Assembly: GCA_023150455.1 (NCBI GenBank)
Contig: JAKLKW010000003.1
Span: 5,887 to 69,886, forward strand
Direction of reading: 5' to 3'
Source of the DNA: Alphaproteobacteria bacterium
GTDB taxonomy: Bacteria > Pseudomonadota > Alphaproteobacteria > JAEULC01
Length of the DNA stretch: 64,000 nt
Shown: piece by piece, positions 17,964-27,671 of the stretch
Position numbering within the stretch: position 1 is the stretch's first letter
Layout of the letters: each line of letters begins with the position of its first letter
Notes under the pieces: model-generated
Databases searched by the model: none
Told to the model about the DNA's origin: nothing
Seen by the model: the letters and a program-made list of their open reading frames with translations, nothing else
Program-made: the position numbers and the translations under genes

Positions 17964-18980
17964 ATGAAGATGATCGGCATCCTGGGCGCCGGCGCCTGGG
18001 GCACGGCGCTGGCGCTGGTCGCGCGCCGCGCCGGGCGCGACGTGATCCTGTGGGCGCGCGAGCCGGACGTCGCCCAGGCGATCAACGCCCGGCACGAGAA
18101 CCCGGTGTTCCTGCCCGGCATCGCGCTCGATCCCGGCATCCGCGCCACGACGGCGCTGGCCGCCCTCGCCGCCGCCGACGCGGTCCTGCTGGTCGTGCCG
18201 GCGCAGTACATGCGCGCGACGACGCGGGCGCTGGCCGCTTCGCTGGGCCAGCGCCGGCCGCCGGTCGTGCTCTGCGCGAAGGGAATCGAGGACGGCGGCG
18301 CATTGATGACCGAAGTGGTCGCCGCGACCCTGCCAGGATGCGCGCAGGCCGTCCTGAGCGGCCCGACCTTCGCCAAGGAAGTGGCGCGCGGCCTGCCCAC
18401 GGCGGTGACGCTGGCGACCACGGACCCGGCGCTCGGCGATGCGCTGCTCCGCGCCATCGGCACGCCGACCTTCCGCACCTATCTGTCGCCCGATCCGGTC
18501 GGCGCCGAGGTCGGCGGCGCGGTCAAGAACGTGCTGGCGATCGCCTGCGGCATCGTGATCGGCCGCAAGCTGGGCGACAACGCCCGCGCCGCGCTGATCA
18601 CGCGCGGGCTGGCCGAGATCGTGCGCCTGGCGACAGCCATCGGCGGCCGGCGCGAGACCTGCATGGGCCTGTCGGGCCTCGGCGACCTGACGCTCACCTG
18701 CAACGGGCCGCAGTCGCGCAACCTCTCGCTCGGCATCGCGCTGGGCCAGGGCCGCAGGCTCGCCGAGGTCGTGGCCGAGCGCCGTTCGGTCGCCGAGGGC
18801 GTCGCCAGCGCCGCCGCCGTGATCGCGCGCGCGCGCCGCGAGGGCGTCGACATGCCGATCGTCGCCGCGGTCGACGCCGTGCTCAACCGCGGCGCCGACA
18901 TCGAGGCCGAGCTCCACGCGCTGCTCGCGCGCCCGTTCCGCGAGGAAACCGACGCGCTGCTTGCCAGGACCACGGCTTGA
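17964..18980 (+). CDS. gpsA: NAD(P)H-dependent glycerol-3-phosphate dehydrogenase
   Basis: MKMIGILGAGAWGTALA N-terminus and GAVKNV, GLSGLGDL GpsA motifs. The start is chosen at an internal ATG of the reported ORF. Confidence 0.85.
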   Translation: MKMIGILGAGAWGTALALVARRAGRDVILWAREPDVAQAINARHENPVFLPGIALDPGIRATTALAALAAADAVLLVVPAQYMRATTRALAASLGQRRPPVVLCAKGIEDGGALMTEVVAATLPGCAQAVLSGPTFAKEVARGLPTAVTLATTDPALGDALLRAIGTPTFRTYLSPDPVGAEVGGAVKNVLAIACGIVIGRKLGDNARAALITRGLAEIVRLATAIGGRRETCMGLSGLGDLTLTCNGPQSRNLSLGIALGQGRRLAEVVAERRSVAEGVASAAAVIARARREGVDMPIVAAVDAVLNRGADIEAELHALLARPFREETDALLARTTA

Positions 18981-19012
18981 TTCTATTTCGGCAGCAGCAT
19001 CGGGAGTGACGG

Positions 19013-19426
19013 ATGAACTACTGGCTGGTCAAGACCGAGCCCGAAACGTGGTCCTGGGACGACCAGGTCAAGCATGGGCGCACCGACTGGGACGGCGTGC
19101 GCAACCACCAGGCCGCCAACAACCTGAAGGCGATGAAGAAGGGCGACCTGGTGCTGTTCTACCATTCGGGCGACGAGAAGCGCATTGTCGGCCTGGTCAA
19201 GGTCGGACGCGAGCACCAGCCGGACCCGAGCGACCCGACCGGCAAGTTCGTGATGGTCGAGATGCTGACCGCAGGTCCCGTCGAGACGCCGCTGAGCCTG
19301 GCCGAGATCAAGGCCGACAAGCGCCTGCAGCACCTGATGCTGGTGCGCCATTCGCGCCTGTCGGTGATGCCGATCGACCAGAAGGCGTGGGAGATCATTT
19401 GCGAGAAGACCGGCCTGGCGCCGTGA
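19013..19426 (+). CDS. EVE (PUA-like) domain protein
   Basis: MNYWLVKTEPETWSWDDQ...LVLFYHSG typical EVE fold signature. Confidence 0.8.
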   Translation: MNYWLVKTEPETWSWDDQVKHGRTDWDGVRNHQAANNLKAMKKGDLVLFYHSGDEKRIVGLVKVGREHQPDPSDPTGKFVMVEMLTAGPVETPLSLAEIKADKRLQHLMLVRHSRLSVMPIDQKAWEIICEKTGLAP

Positions 19427-19431
19427 CCTTG

Positions 19432-19779
19432 ATGGCGCTCGACGCGCTGCCCGACGGCGAGGCGCGCGGCGTCGCGGTCGCCGCCGATGGCGGCGCGCGC
19501 GACCTCATCGTCGTCCGCCGCGGCGGGCGCGTCTACGCCTATGTCGACGTCTGCCCGCATCTCGGCACGCCGCTCGAGACCTTCCCCGACCGCTTCCTCG
19601 ATCTCGGCAAGCGCCACCTCTTGTGCACGACGCACGGCGCGCGCTTCCGCATCGAGGACGGGCGCTGCGTCTTCGGCCCCTGCCTCGGCAAGTCGCTGGC
19701 GTCCGTCCCGGTCGCCGTCGTCGACGGCGCGATCGTGCTCGCCGGTCCCGTTCCTCCCGCACCGGAGCCACAGCGTTGA
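19432..19779 (+). CDS. Rieske [2Fe-2S] domain protein
   Basis: CPHLGTPL ... CTTHGARF Rieske cluster-binding boxes. Stop overlaps the start of the next gene. Confidence 0.75.
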   Translation: MALDALPDGEARGVAVAADGGARDLIVVRRGGRVYAYVDVCPHLGTPLETFPDRFLDLGKRHLLCTTHGARFRIEDGRCVFGPCLGKSLASVPVAVVDGAIVLAGPVPPAPEPQR

Positions 19780-20888
19780 AGATCACCGCCATCCACATCA
19801 GCAAGCACCGGCTCGAGCTCGACCCGCCGTTCCATGCGAGCTGGGATAGCCGGCCACGCGTGAAGTTCGACGCGTTCGTGGTGCGGGTCGAGACCGACGG
19901 CGGCGTCACCGGCATCGCCGCCACCGACACCGAGCTCGCCGGCTTCGCCGGGCACGAGGACCTGTTCGTCGGCCGCGACCCGCTGGCGCTGGAGCGGCAC
20001 AACCGCATCCTGGCGAACATCCAGTTCCACTACGGCCGCTGCTGGCCGGTCGACATCGCGCTGTGGGACATCGCCGGCAAGGTCGCCGGAATGCCGGTGT
20101 GGAAGCTGCTCGGCGGGTCGTCCGGCCGCATCCCGGCCTATTTGTCCTCGGGCACGCTGCGCGACGCCGGCGCCATGGCGGAGCTCGCCGAGCGCGTCGC
20201 GGGCCAGGGCTACAAGGCGATGAAGATCCGCTTCCACCGCCCGGACTGGCGCGACGACGTGGCCGCGGTCGCCGCCGTGCGCCGGCGCGTCGGCGACAAG
20301 CTCGTGCTGATGGTCGACTGCAACCAGGGCTGGCGCATGCCGTGGGACGCCGACGAGCCCTGGGGCCTGAAGGACGCGCTCGAGGTCGCGCGGCGGCTCG
20401 AGGAGCTCGACATCTACTGGATGGAGGAGCCGTTGCACCGGGGCGACTACGACGGCATGGCGGCGCTGCGCCGCGCGACGCGCCTGCGCATCGCCGGCGG
20501 CGAGATGACGCGCGAGCTGCACGAGCTGCGCACGCTGATCGACCGCCAGTGCCTCGACGTGCTGCAGCCCGACGCCGTCTTGACCGGCGGCATCACCGGC
20601 ATGCGCGGCATCGCCCGGGCTGCGCTCGACCACAACCTGATGTTCACGCCGCACACCTGGTCGAACGGCATGGGCGTGCTCGCCAACGTGCACCTGGCCG
20701 CGGGAAGCGGCCAGAGCCCCTATGTCGAATTCCCCTACGACCCGCCGGAATGGGGGCTCGACCGGCGCGACTTCATGCTGGCGGAGAAGCTCGGATGCGA
20801 CCGCGAGGGCAACATCGTGCTGCCCGACCGGCCCGGCCTCGGCGCGATCCTCGACGAGGACGCGCTCGAGCGGACGCGGATCGGCTAG
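19776..20888 (+). CDS. Enolase-superfamily enzyme (mandelate racemase/muconate lactonizing enzyme family)
   Basis: TTG start overlapping the Rieske stop. KIRFHRPDW...MVDCNQGW...EEP...DVLQPD metal-ligand pattern of MR/MLE enzymes. Confidence 0.8.
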   Translation: MKITAIHISKHRLELDPPFHASWDSRPRVKFDAFVVRVETDGGVTGIAATDTELAGFAGHEDLFVGRDPLALERHNRILANIQFHYGRCWPVDIALWDIAGKVAGMPVWKLLGGSSGRIPAYLSSGTLRDAGAMAELAERVAGQGYKAMKIRFHRPDWRDDVAAVAAVRRRVGDKLVLMVDCNQGWRMPWDADEPWGLKDALEVARRLEELDIYWMEEPLHRGDYDGMAALRRATRLRIAGGEMTRELHELRTLIDRQCLDVLQPDAVLTGGITGMRGIARAALDHNLMFTPHTWSNGMGVLANVHLAAGSGQSPYVEFPYDPPEWGLDRRDFMLAEKLGCDREGNIVLPDRPGLGAILDEDALERTRIG

Positions 20889-20945
20889 GCGGCCGCTGAT
20901 CCGGCCGCCAGATTCAAATTGAGGGCGCGCGGATCAACGCGCGCC
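20889..20945. repeat. REP-like two-hairpin repeat, single unit (locus C, locus-A orientation)
   Basis: ggcggccgctgatccggccgcc, then an agattcaaattgaggg spacer, then cgcgcggatcaacgcgcgcc, directly after the enolase-superfamily stop codon. Confidence 0.7.
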
Positions 20946-21011
20946 AGCGCCCGATTGACTCCGGCGCGCGCCGGCCGAATGGTGGCGGCAATCGACCGGG
21001 AGGATACGACC

Positions 21012-21305
21012 ATGACCGCCGTCGCCAAGCCGAAGCGCGACCCCAAGGTCGAGCCGCTGACCGAGGACCACAAGCCGCACGAGCTGCGGCGCGCCCAGGA
21101 CATGGAATGGGAAATGCTCCGCTACCCCGGCCAGTGGAGCAAGATGCTGTTCCACCCGCGTCCCGAGCGGCCCACCGAGCCCAACGCCGGCCTGATCCTG
21201 TCCGTGCAGTACACCGGCCCGACCACCGGCAAGGGCCCGATCTATGACGGCCGCTTCAACGTGAGCGAACGCAAGCCGCTGGCTGAGGAGCGCTACGACG
21301 AGTAG
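21012..21305 (+). CDS. Small conserved hypothetical protein (97 aa)
   Basis: Start moved to MTAVAKPKRD (GGGAGGAT ribosome-binding site 7 nt upstream) and trimmed from the 128-aa ORF. Followed by a strong intrinsic terminator. Confidence 0.5.
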   Translation: MTAVAKPKRDPKVEPLTEDHKPHELRRAQDMEWEMLRYPGQWSKMLFHPRPERPTEPNAGLILSVQYTGPTTGKGPIYDGRFNVSERKPLAEERYDE

Positions 21306-21339
21306 CCGCGGACGCAGCACGGCAGCGACACAGGAAAAG

Positions 21340-21392
21340 TGAGGAGAATCCCGCGTGGCCCGGGCCCGCGCGGGATTCTCCTCTCGTCTTTG
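21340..21392 (+). terminator. Rho-independent terminator
   Basis: 15-bp perfect stem gaggagaatcccgcg / cgcgggattctcctc with a 13-nt loop, followed by tcgtctttgtt. Confidence 0.55.
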
Positions 21393-21410
21393 TTCCGGGA
21401 GGAAACCGAC

Positions 21411-22637
21411 ATGCAGGCAGGTCTGAGCAGCGACGAGCTGGCGCTCCAGGCGCGCGCGCGGGAGTTCGCCCAGCGCGTCGTCGTACCGCGCGCGGCCGAG
21501 ATCGACCGCACCGAGCAGTACCCATGGGACATCGTCGCCGCGCTCAGCGACGCCGGGTTCGTCGGAATGACGATCCCGCGCGCCTACGGCGGCAGGGGCA
21601 TGACGTTCCTGGACCCCGTGCTGGTGGTCGAGGAGATGGCCAAGGCCTGCACGGTCACCGCGCGGATCGTGGTCGAGACCAACATGGGCGCGATCTCCAC
21701 GGTGATGGAATACGGCACCGAGGCGCAGAAGCGCCTCGCCGCCGAGATGGTCCTGGCGGGCGACAAGCCGGCCATCTGCATCACCGAGCCCGAGGCGGGC
21801 AGCGACGCCACCGCCATGACGACCCGCGCCGACCGCAAGGGCGACGCGTTCGTCATCAACGGCAAGAAGCACTGGATCACGGGCGCCGGCGTGTCGAAGC
21901 TGCATCTCATCTTCGCGCGCGTATTCGACGAAGCGGGTTCTCCCCTTGGCCTCGGCGGGTTTCTCGCCGTGCGCGACGCGTCGCCGGGCATGAGGCTCGC
22001 CGGGCGCGAGCCCACCATGGGGCTGCGCGGCATGCCCGAGGGCGAGCTCGTGTTCGAGAACCTGACGGTCGAGGCCGACATGGCGGTGGTCCCGCCGTCC
22101 GGCTACAAGCGCGGCTTCGCCGACCTGATGAACGCCTACAACAGCCAGCGCGTCGGCGCGGGGACGGTCGCGATGGGGATAGCCGCCGGCGCCTTCGAGC
22201 ACGCGGTCGGCTGGGTCAAGCAACGCGAGCAGTTCGGCCGCCCGATCGGCGAGTTCCAGGGACTGCAGTGGATGCTGGCGGACATGCAGACGCAGCTGAC
22301 CGCCGCGCGCCTGATGCTCTACGCGGCGGCGCGCTCGCGCGGCCCCGGCGGCAGCCGCTTCCCGGACCCCGACCTGGCGGCGCAGGCGAAGATATTCGCC
22401 TCCGAGGCGGCGATCCGGATCGTCAACGACGCGCTGCAGCTCTACGGCGCGCGCGGCTACTCGCGCGAGCTCCCGCTCGAGCGCATGGCGCGCGACGTGC
22501 GCATGTTCACCATCGGCGGCGGCACGGCGCAGGTCCTGCGCACGCTGGTCGCCTCCAAGGTGCTCGGCCGGAAGCTGCCGCAGACGCGCGACGGCTATCG
22601 CAAGTCCGGATCGTCGCCGCGGGCCGCGGCGGAGTAG
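21411..22637 (+). CDS. Acyl-CoA dehydrogenase
   Basis: ACAD N-terminal, middle and C-terminal domains. Catalytic region YGARGYSRELPLERMARDVRMFTIGGGT with the conserved Glu. Confidence 0.9.
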   Translation: MQAGLSSDELALQARAREFAQRVVVPRAAEIDRTEQYPWDIVAALSDAGFVGMTIPRAYGGRGMTFLDPVLVVEEMAKACTVTARIVVETNMGAISTVMEYGTEAQKRLAAEMVLAGDKPAICITEPEAGSDATAMTTRADRKGDAFVINGKKHWITGAGVSKLHLIFARVFDEAGSPLGLGGFLAVRDASPGMRLAGREPTMGLRGMPEGELVFENLTVEADMAVVPPSGYKRGFADLMNAYNSQRVGAGTVAMGIAAGAFEHAVGWVKQREQFGRPIGEFQGLQWMLADMQTQLTAARLMLYAAARSRGPGGSRFPDPDLAAQAKIFASEAAIRIVNDALQLYGARGYSRELPLERMARDVRMFTIGGGTAQVLRTLVASKVLGRKLPQTRDGYRKSGSSPRAAAE

Positions 22638-22747
22638 CGCCGTGAACCGGGCCCGCGCCCGCCACCTGGGCGAACGGTCCCGTCGCCGCGGCGCGCCGGC
22701 GACTCAAGGAGGCGTTCGCCTCGAACGGAGCCTGGGGACCCGCCGCC

Positions 22748-23278
22748 GTGGTCGAGGCGGTCCGCCGCGTGTTCCCGCCCGAGGCGCTCGTCGCCATCGA
22801 CACCGGCGCGCACCGCATCCTCGCGAGCCAGCTCTGGGAGGCCTACGAGCCGCGCACGGTCCTGCAATCGACCGGCCTGTGCACCATGGGCTGCGCCCTG
22901 CCGCTGGCCATCGGCGCGCGCCTCGCCGCGCCGGAGCGTCCGGCCGTCGTGCTCACGGGCGACGGCGGGCTGCTGATGGTGCTGGGCGAGCTCGCGACGC
23001 TGGCGGAGCTGCGCATTCCGCTGACGATCGTCGTGTTCGTCGACGCGAGCCTGGCGCTCATCGAGATGAAGCAGCGCTCGCGCCAGCTGCCGAACCACGG
23101 CGTCGATTTCGCGCGCTGCGACTTCGGCGCGATCGGGCGCGCCATGGGCGGCGCCGGCGAGACCGTGAGCGACCGCGCGGGGCTCGAGCGCGTCCTCGAG
23201 GCGGGGCTCGCCCGCCGGGACGGGTTCACGCTGATCGGCGCCGTGATCGACCGCAAAGCCTACGACGGCCGCATCTGA
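22748..23278 (+). pseudogene. C-terminal TPP-binding-domain fragment of a thiamine-pyrophosphate enzyme (acetolactate-synthase-like), N-terminal two thirds missing
   Basis: 176 aa carrying only the TPP_enzyme_C signature (GLCTMGCALPLAIGA...VVLTGDGG...VVFVDASLALIEMKQ). Full-length family members are about 550 aa. No Pyr or middle domain lies upstream. Confidence 0.55.
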
Positions 23279-23293
23279 CCGCGTGCGGCCGCG

Positions 23294-24316
23294 TCACCCG
23301 CGCCGGCGGCGCTGTCGGCGTGGTTCCTGCGAAGCCGCGACCGGAGCCTCGCCCTTGGTCGATTGCGTGAGCGCGCCGAGCCGCGCCTCGACCGTGGCGA
23401 GATCGGGCGGCGGCCCGGGCGAGTAGTCCTTGAGCGCCGCGACGATGGCGGCGAGATGACGCGGCTCGGAGCCGCAGCACGCGCCGATGACGCGCGCACC
23501 GGCGTCGCGCGCCAGCCGCGCGTACTCGGCCATCAGCTCGGGCGTGCCGGAGAACGTGATCTTGCCGTCCTCGTATTGCGGGATGCCGCAATTGCCCTTG
23601 GCGACGAGCACGTCGCTGCCGGCGATGCTGGCCTTGGCGAGGCCGAGGATCGAGGCGACCAGCTCCGCCGGGCCGGTGCCGCAGTTCGAGCCGAACGCCA
23701 CCGGGCGCGGCAGCAGGCGATGCGCCAGCGCCACTGCCTCGGCCGGCGTCACGCCCATCATGGTGCGGCCGTTGGTGTCGAAGGTCAGCGTCGCCACCAC
23801 GGGCAGGCCGGTCGTCGCGGCGCCGGAAACGGCGGCCTCGACCTCGTTCGCCGCCGACATCGTTTCGACCCACAGCACGTCCGCCCCGCCTTCGGCGAGG
23901 CCCGCGGCCTGCTCGGCGAAGGCGTCGCGCGCCTCCGCGAAGCCGAGCGCGCCGAGCGGCTGCAAGAGCTCCCCGGTCGGCCCGATCGAGCCGCCCACCA
24001 CGACGACGCGGCCGGCCGAATCGGCGACCTCGCGCGCGAGGCCGGCCGCGGCGCGGTTCAGCTCGCGCACCCGCCCCTCCAGCTTGTGCAGCTTGAGCCG
24101 ATGCCGGTTGGCGCCGAAGCTGTTGGTCAGGATGATGTCGCAGCCGGCCGCAACGAAGCCGCGATGCACGTCGGCGACCCGCTCGGGATGCTCGACGTTC
24201 CACAGCTCCGGGGCGTCGCCGGTCTGAAGGCCGCGCAGGAACAGGTTCGTGCCCATGGCACCGTCGGCGACCAGATAGGGCCGCTCGGCCAAGAGGCGGG
24301 TCAGTCGGTCGATCAA
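23294..24316 (-). CDS. Homocysteine S-methyltransferase (betaine-homocysteine methyltransferase-like)
   Basis: ADGAMGTNLF, GSNCGTGP and GACCGS zinc-ligand cysteines. I place the start at the TTG giving MIDRLTRLLAERPYLV; the reported ORF extends further without a stop. Confidence 0.75.
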   Translation of the reverse strand: MIDRLTRLLAERPYLVADGAMGTNLFLRGLQTGDAPELWNVEHPERVADVHRGFVAAGCDIILTNSFGANRHRLKLHKLEGRVRELNRAAAGLAREVADSAGRVVVVGGSIGPTGELLQPLGALGFAEARDAFAEQAAGLAEGGADVLWVETMSAANEVEAAVSGAATTGLPVVATLTFDTNGRTMMGVTPAEAVALAHRLLPRPVAFGSNCGTGPAELVASILGLAKASIAGSDVLVAKGNCGIPQYEDGKITFSGTPELMAEYARLARDAGARVIGACCGSEPRHLAAIVAALKDYSPGPPPDLATVEARLGALTQSTKGEAPVAASQEPRRQRRRRG

Positions 24317-24432
24317 GGACGGGAACTCCGGCGGCAGCAAAGGGCGCGCACTGTGGAAGCCGGCCGAGACGGTGTCAACGAGGGTTGCGGCAGTGCGGCG
24401 CGACGCGCATAGTCGCGCCGACAGGAGGTCCG

Positions 24433-24780
24433 ATGCGGATCGATTCGCTTTTTCGAACAATGGCTTGGGCCGCGACATGCGTGGCGCTGGCCGGTTGCTT
24501 CTGGTCCACCCCCAGCTCGGGCGAGTGGTTCAAGCAGGGCGCCGACGGCAGCGCCACGGCGCGCGACCTCAGCTATTGCCAGCGCGAGGCCCGGCTGGTC
24601 ACGCGCGAGGAGTCGAAGATCGACCAGGACATCATCGCGAGCCGCGGCGGCGACTGGCAGACGACCGGCTCCTATTCGTCGAATGTGGCGCAGATGCGCG
24701 ACAAGAGCGCGGCGCGCGAGCGCGAGATGGTGGGCCGCTGCATGCGAAACCGCGGCTATTCCCAGGGCAAGGCGAAATGA
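24433..24780 (+). CDS. Small lipoprotein (115 aa)
   Basis: AGGAGG ribosome-binding site and lipobox LAGC in MRIDSLFRTMAWAATCVALAGC. No family recognised. Confidence 0.55.
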   Translation: MRIDSLFRTMAWAATCVALAGCFWSTPSSGEWFKQGADGSATARDLSYCQREARLVTREESKIDQDIIASRGGDWQTTGSYSSNVAQMRDKSAAREREMVGRCMRNRGYSQGKAK

Positions 24781-24899
24781 ACGCGGCTCCCGCGCCCTGC
24801 CGCGTCGGACGCGTGGCCGCCGTGCCACGGTGACGTGAAATTGATCTTCGCCCGGGCTGGGAAACCGCCGTCCTGCGTATAGGCTGGCGCAAGGGGACG

Positions 24900-26711
24900 G
24901 TGGGGATGATGCCAAGGGCGATCTTCCGGTGCGTTGCAGGAGCGTGCGCCTTCGCGGCGCTGCTCGCGGGCAATGCGCCCCTCGGCGCGCAGGAACAGGC
25001 CGGGGTGACGGCGGGGGTGCGCGGCCGGGTGGAAGTGGCGCTGCGGCCGGGCGCGATCGGGCGGCAGGTGCGCTCGGGCGAGCCGGTCTATCTCGGCAAC
25101 GCGGTCTCGAGCGGGCCCGATTCGGGCATGCAGATCGTGCTGCTGGACGAGACCACATTCACGATCGGCCCGGACAGCGAGCTGGTGATCGACGAGTTCG
25201 TCTACGACCCGCGCTCGAGCGCGGGCAAGGTCGGCGCCTCGATCGCCAAGGGCGTGTTCCGGTTCGTGACCGGCAAGGTTGCGCGCGAGAACCCCGAGGC
25301 CATGCGGATCAAGCTGCCGAGCGGCACGATCGGCATCCGCGGCACGATCGCGCTGGGTCGGGTCGACCAGGTCGAGCAGAACGGCCTGCAGGTCAACCGC
25401 CAGCAGGTGATCCTGGTGGGCCCGGGCTACGACACGGACAGCAACCGGCGCGGCGGCATCGACCTGTTCTTCGACGGCCAGCACATCACGATCTGGCGCC
25501 CGGGCTGGGGCAGCACGCTGATGGGCGACGGGCAATGGGGCCCGGCCGAGCACTTCCCGCCGGCGCTGATCCAGGAGGTGCTGCGGCTCTTGCAGGCGCG
25601 CGGCGAGCCGCTCGGCAATCCCAACGCGGACGACATCCGGAACGCCGGCGACAGCCTGTTCGACGGCCGCCGCGTGGTGTCATGGGTGAACGGCACGCAG
25701 CAGAGCCTGGCCTGGTGGGACTCGCTGAACCAGCAGGCGAGCCTGCCCGAACGCACCGAGATCGGCGGCTTCGGCATCTCCGACGGGCTTGCCGACTTCG
25801 CCGACCTGCGCCGGGTGACATCGGGCCAGTTCAACTACAATCAGGCCGGCGTGACGGCGCTGACGCCGGGCGGCGCGGCGGTCGGCGGCTACAGCCTGTT
25901 CCTCAACATCGACTTCGGCGCGCGCACGGTCGGCGGCGGCGACTCGCGCATCACGCTCAACACGCCGATCGCCGGCGGCACCTCCTATCTTGGCACGCTG
26001 CCCTTCGGCAACAGCCCGGCGATCTTCGACTACAGCGGGCTGTCGGGCATGATCGGCACCGGCTGCGGCAGCAGCCAGACCTGCACGACCAGCCTGACCG
26101 CCTCGGCCATCAACCAGGGCGGCGTCGCCGGAGCACAGCTCCTGCACGCGCTGACCGTCTTGAGCGACGGCGGCGCCGCCGTGCTCGGCGGCACCGGCTT
26201 CGCCGGGCTCTCGCCCGGCTTCACCGTCGACCCCGTGCCCTATACCGACGGCACCAGCAGCCTCCAGCAGCTGCGCACGCTCAGCTCCGGACAGTTCTAC
26301 TACACGCAGTCGGGCGTGCCCCTGAACTTTACGCTCGGCGGCGCGCCGGCGGGCAGCTACGACCTTTTCCTCAACATCGACTTCGGCGCGCGTACCATCG
26401 GCGGCGGCAACTCGCGGGCGGAGATCGTCGTTCCCGATGCCGGCCTGACCGGAACCGCCCTCTTCGGGACGCCGCAGTCCTTCGCCGCCGGCGCCGGCGC
26501 GGCGAGCTTCCAGTTTTCCTCCACCTACACCGGCGGCTGCGCGTTTGGCTGCCAGGCGCAGCTCTCGGCCCAGCCCCAGAACCAGTCCGGCGTCGTGGCT
26601 CAGAGCCTGTCGCACACGCTTGCGGTCAGCAACAGCGGCGTGCTGACCGCCACGGGCGGCGGCACGACCAACGGGCGCGTGCCCGGGTTTGCCCCGGCGG
26701 GCGGCCCGTGA
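24900..26711 (+). CDS. Secreted FecR-domain protein with two internal ~110-aa repeats
   Basis: Signal peptide; FecR-like N-terminal region (GEPVYLGNAVSSGPDSGMQIVLLDETTFTIGPDSELVIDEFVYDP). Tandem repeats SGQFNYNQAGV...YSLFLNIDFGARTVGGGDSRI and SGQFYYTQSGV...YDLFLNIDFGARTIGGGNSRA. Gly/Thr/Ser-rich. Confidence 0.65.
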   Translation: MGMMPRAIFRCVAGACAFAALLAGNAPLGAQEQAGVTAGVRGRVEVALRPGAIGRQVRSGEPVYLGNAVSSGPDSGMQIVLLDETTFTIGPDSELVIDEFVYDPRSSAGKVGASIAKGVFRFVTGKVARENPEAMRIKLPSGTIGIRGTIALGRVDQVEQNGLQVNRQQVILVGPGYDTDSNRRGGIDLFFDGQHITIWRPGWGSTLMGDGQWGPAEHFPPALIQEVLRLLQARGEPLGNPNADDIRNAGDSLFDGRRVVSWVNGTQQSLAWWDSLNQQASLPERTEIGGFGISDGLADFADLRRVTSGQFNYNQAGVTALTPGGAAVGGYSLFLNIDFGARTVGGGDSRITLNTPIAGGTSYLGTLPFGNSPAIFDYSGLSGMIGTGCGSSQTCTTSLTASAINQGGVAGAQLLHALTVLSDGGAAVLGGTGFAGLSPGFTVDPVPYTDGTSSLQQLRTLSSGQFYYTQSGVPLNFTLGGAPAGSYDLFLNIDFGARTIGGGNSRAEIVVPDAGLTGTALFGTPQSFAAGAGAASFQFSSTYTGGCAFGCQAQLSAQPQNQSGVVAQSLSHTLAVSNSGVLTATGGGTTNGRVPGFAPAGGP

Positions 26712-26793
26712 TCGAGGCGCGGCTGTGGGCGCCGGCGGCATGGCCGGAGCCCGCCTGTGGTAGATTGGGCCCGGTTTTCGTCCGGAGCCGCCG

Positions 26794-27045
26794 ATGCGCC
26801 CTGTCCGACCGCTGATCCTCGCCGCCTGCGCCGCCCTCGCCCTGCCGTCCGCTCCCGCCCTTGCCGCCTGCGTGGACGACGTGAAGCTGATCAAGGAGGA
26901 GTTCCGCAACGTGCGCGACGTGCGCAAGCGCGACCTCCTGAGGCGCGAGATCAGCGCCGCCGACACCGCCCTCAAGCGCAAGAGCGAGCAGGCCTGCAAG
27001 CGCGCGGTCGCCAACGCGCAGCGAATCATGCGGTCGCGGCCCTAG
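26794..27045 (+). CDS. Small secreted hypothetical protein (83 aa)
   Basis: Signal peptide MRPVRPLILAACAALALPSAPALAAC, then a charged helical region. Stop overlaps the TetR gene end. Confidence 0.45.
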   Translation: MRPVRPLILAACAALALPSAPALAACVDDVKLIKEEFRNVRDVRKRDLLRREISAADTALKRKSEQACKRAVANAQRIMRSRP

Positions 27046-27671
27046 GCCCGAATCGATTCGCCGTCCGCCCGCCACCAGCCGAAGGCCCGCTCCGCCCGGT
27101 CCAGCAGCCGCGCCAGCAGCGCGCGGCTCAGCCTCTGGCCCTCGCTCGCATCGCAGCCCCATGCGGCCAGCACGGCGAGGAAGACCCCGCTGAGGGCGAT
27201 CTCCTCGGCCTGGCGCCGCGCGCCCGCGGCATCGAGCGCCGCCGCCTCCCTCAGCCACCAGATCAGCCGCGAGAGATGGAACGGCAGCGGCGCCCAGTGA
27301 TGCGGGTGCGAGGGATGCAGCTTTGCCTGCAGCATCTCCACGGCGATCCGGCGGTGCGGCGCCAGCGCATCGAACCAGCGCAGCATCGCGCGCTCGGCGC
27401 GGGCGCGCGGCCCGGCTTCCCCGGGCGGCGGCGCGGCCAGCATGGCATCGCGCGCGCGCGCAAAGACGATGTCGGCGATCGCGTCGGGATCGCGATAGCG
27501 CGCGGCCAGCGCGTCCAGACCGACCCCGAGCCGGCGCGCGAGGTCGCGCATCCTGAGCTCGTACCAGCCCGTCGTCTCGGCGAGCGCCAGCGCCGCGTCG
27601 GCGACGCGGCCGGGCGCCAGCCGGTCGCGCGCGGCGGGTCCCCGCCCGGCAGAGACTGCGCGTCGTGCCAT
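27042..27671 (-). CDS. TetR family transcriptional regulator
   Basis: N-terminal HTH (ALALAETTGWYELRMRDLARRLGVGLDALAARY) and C-terminal ligand-binding helices. Start chosen at MARRAVSAG. Confidence 0.8.
   Translation of the reverse strand: MARRAVSAGRGPAARDRLAPGRVADAALALAETTGWYELRMRDLARRLGVGLDALAARYRDPDAIADIVFARARDAMLAAPPPGEAGPRARAERAMLRWFDALAPHRRIAVEMLQAKLHPSHPHHWAPLPFHLSRLIWWLREAAALDAAGARRQAEEIALSGVFLAVLAAWGCDASEGQRLSRALLARLLDRAERAFGWWRADGESIRA

Noticed and set aside
22642-23370. 242-aa ORF in an alternative frame overlapping the TPP-domain fragment.
   Set aside because: Arg-rich, low-complexity, with no motifs. The overlapping frame starting at 22748 carries the clear TPP_enzyme_C signature.
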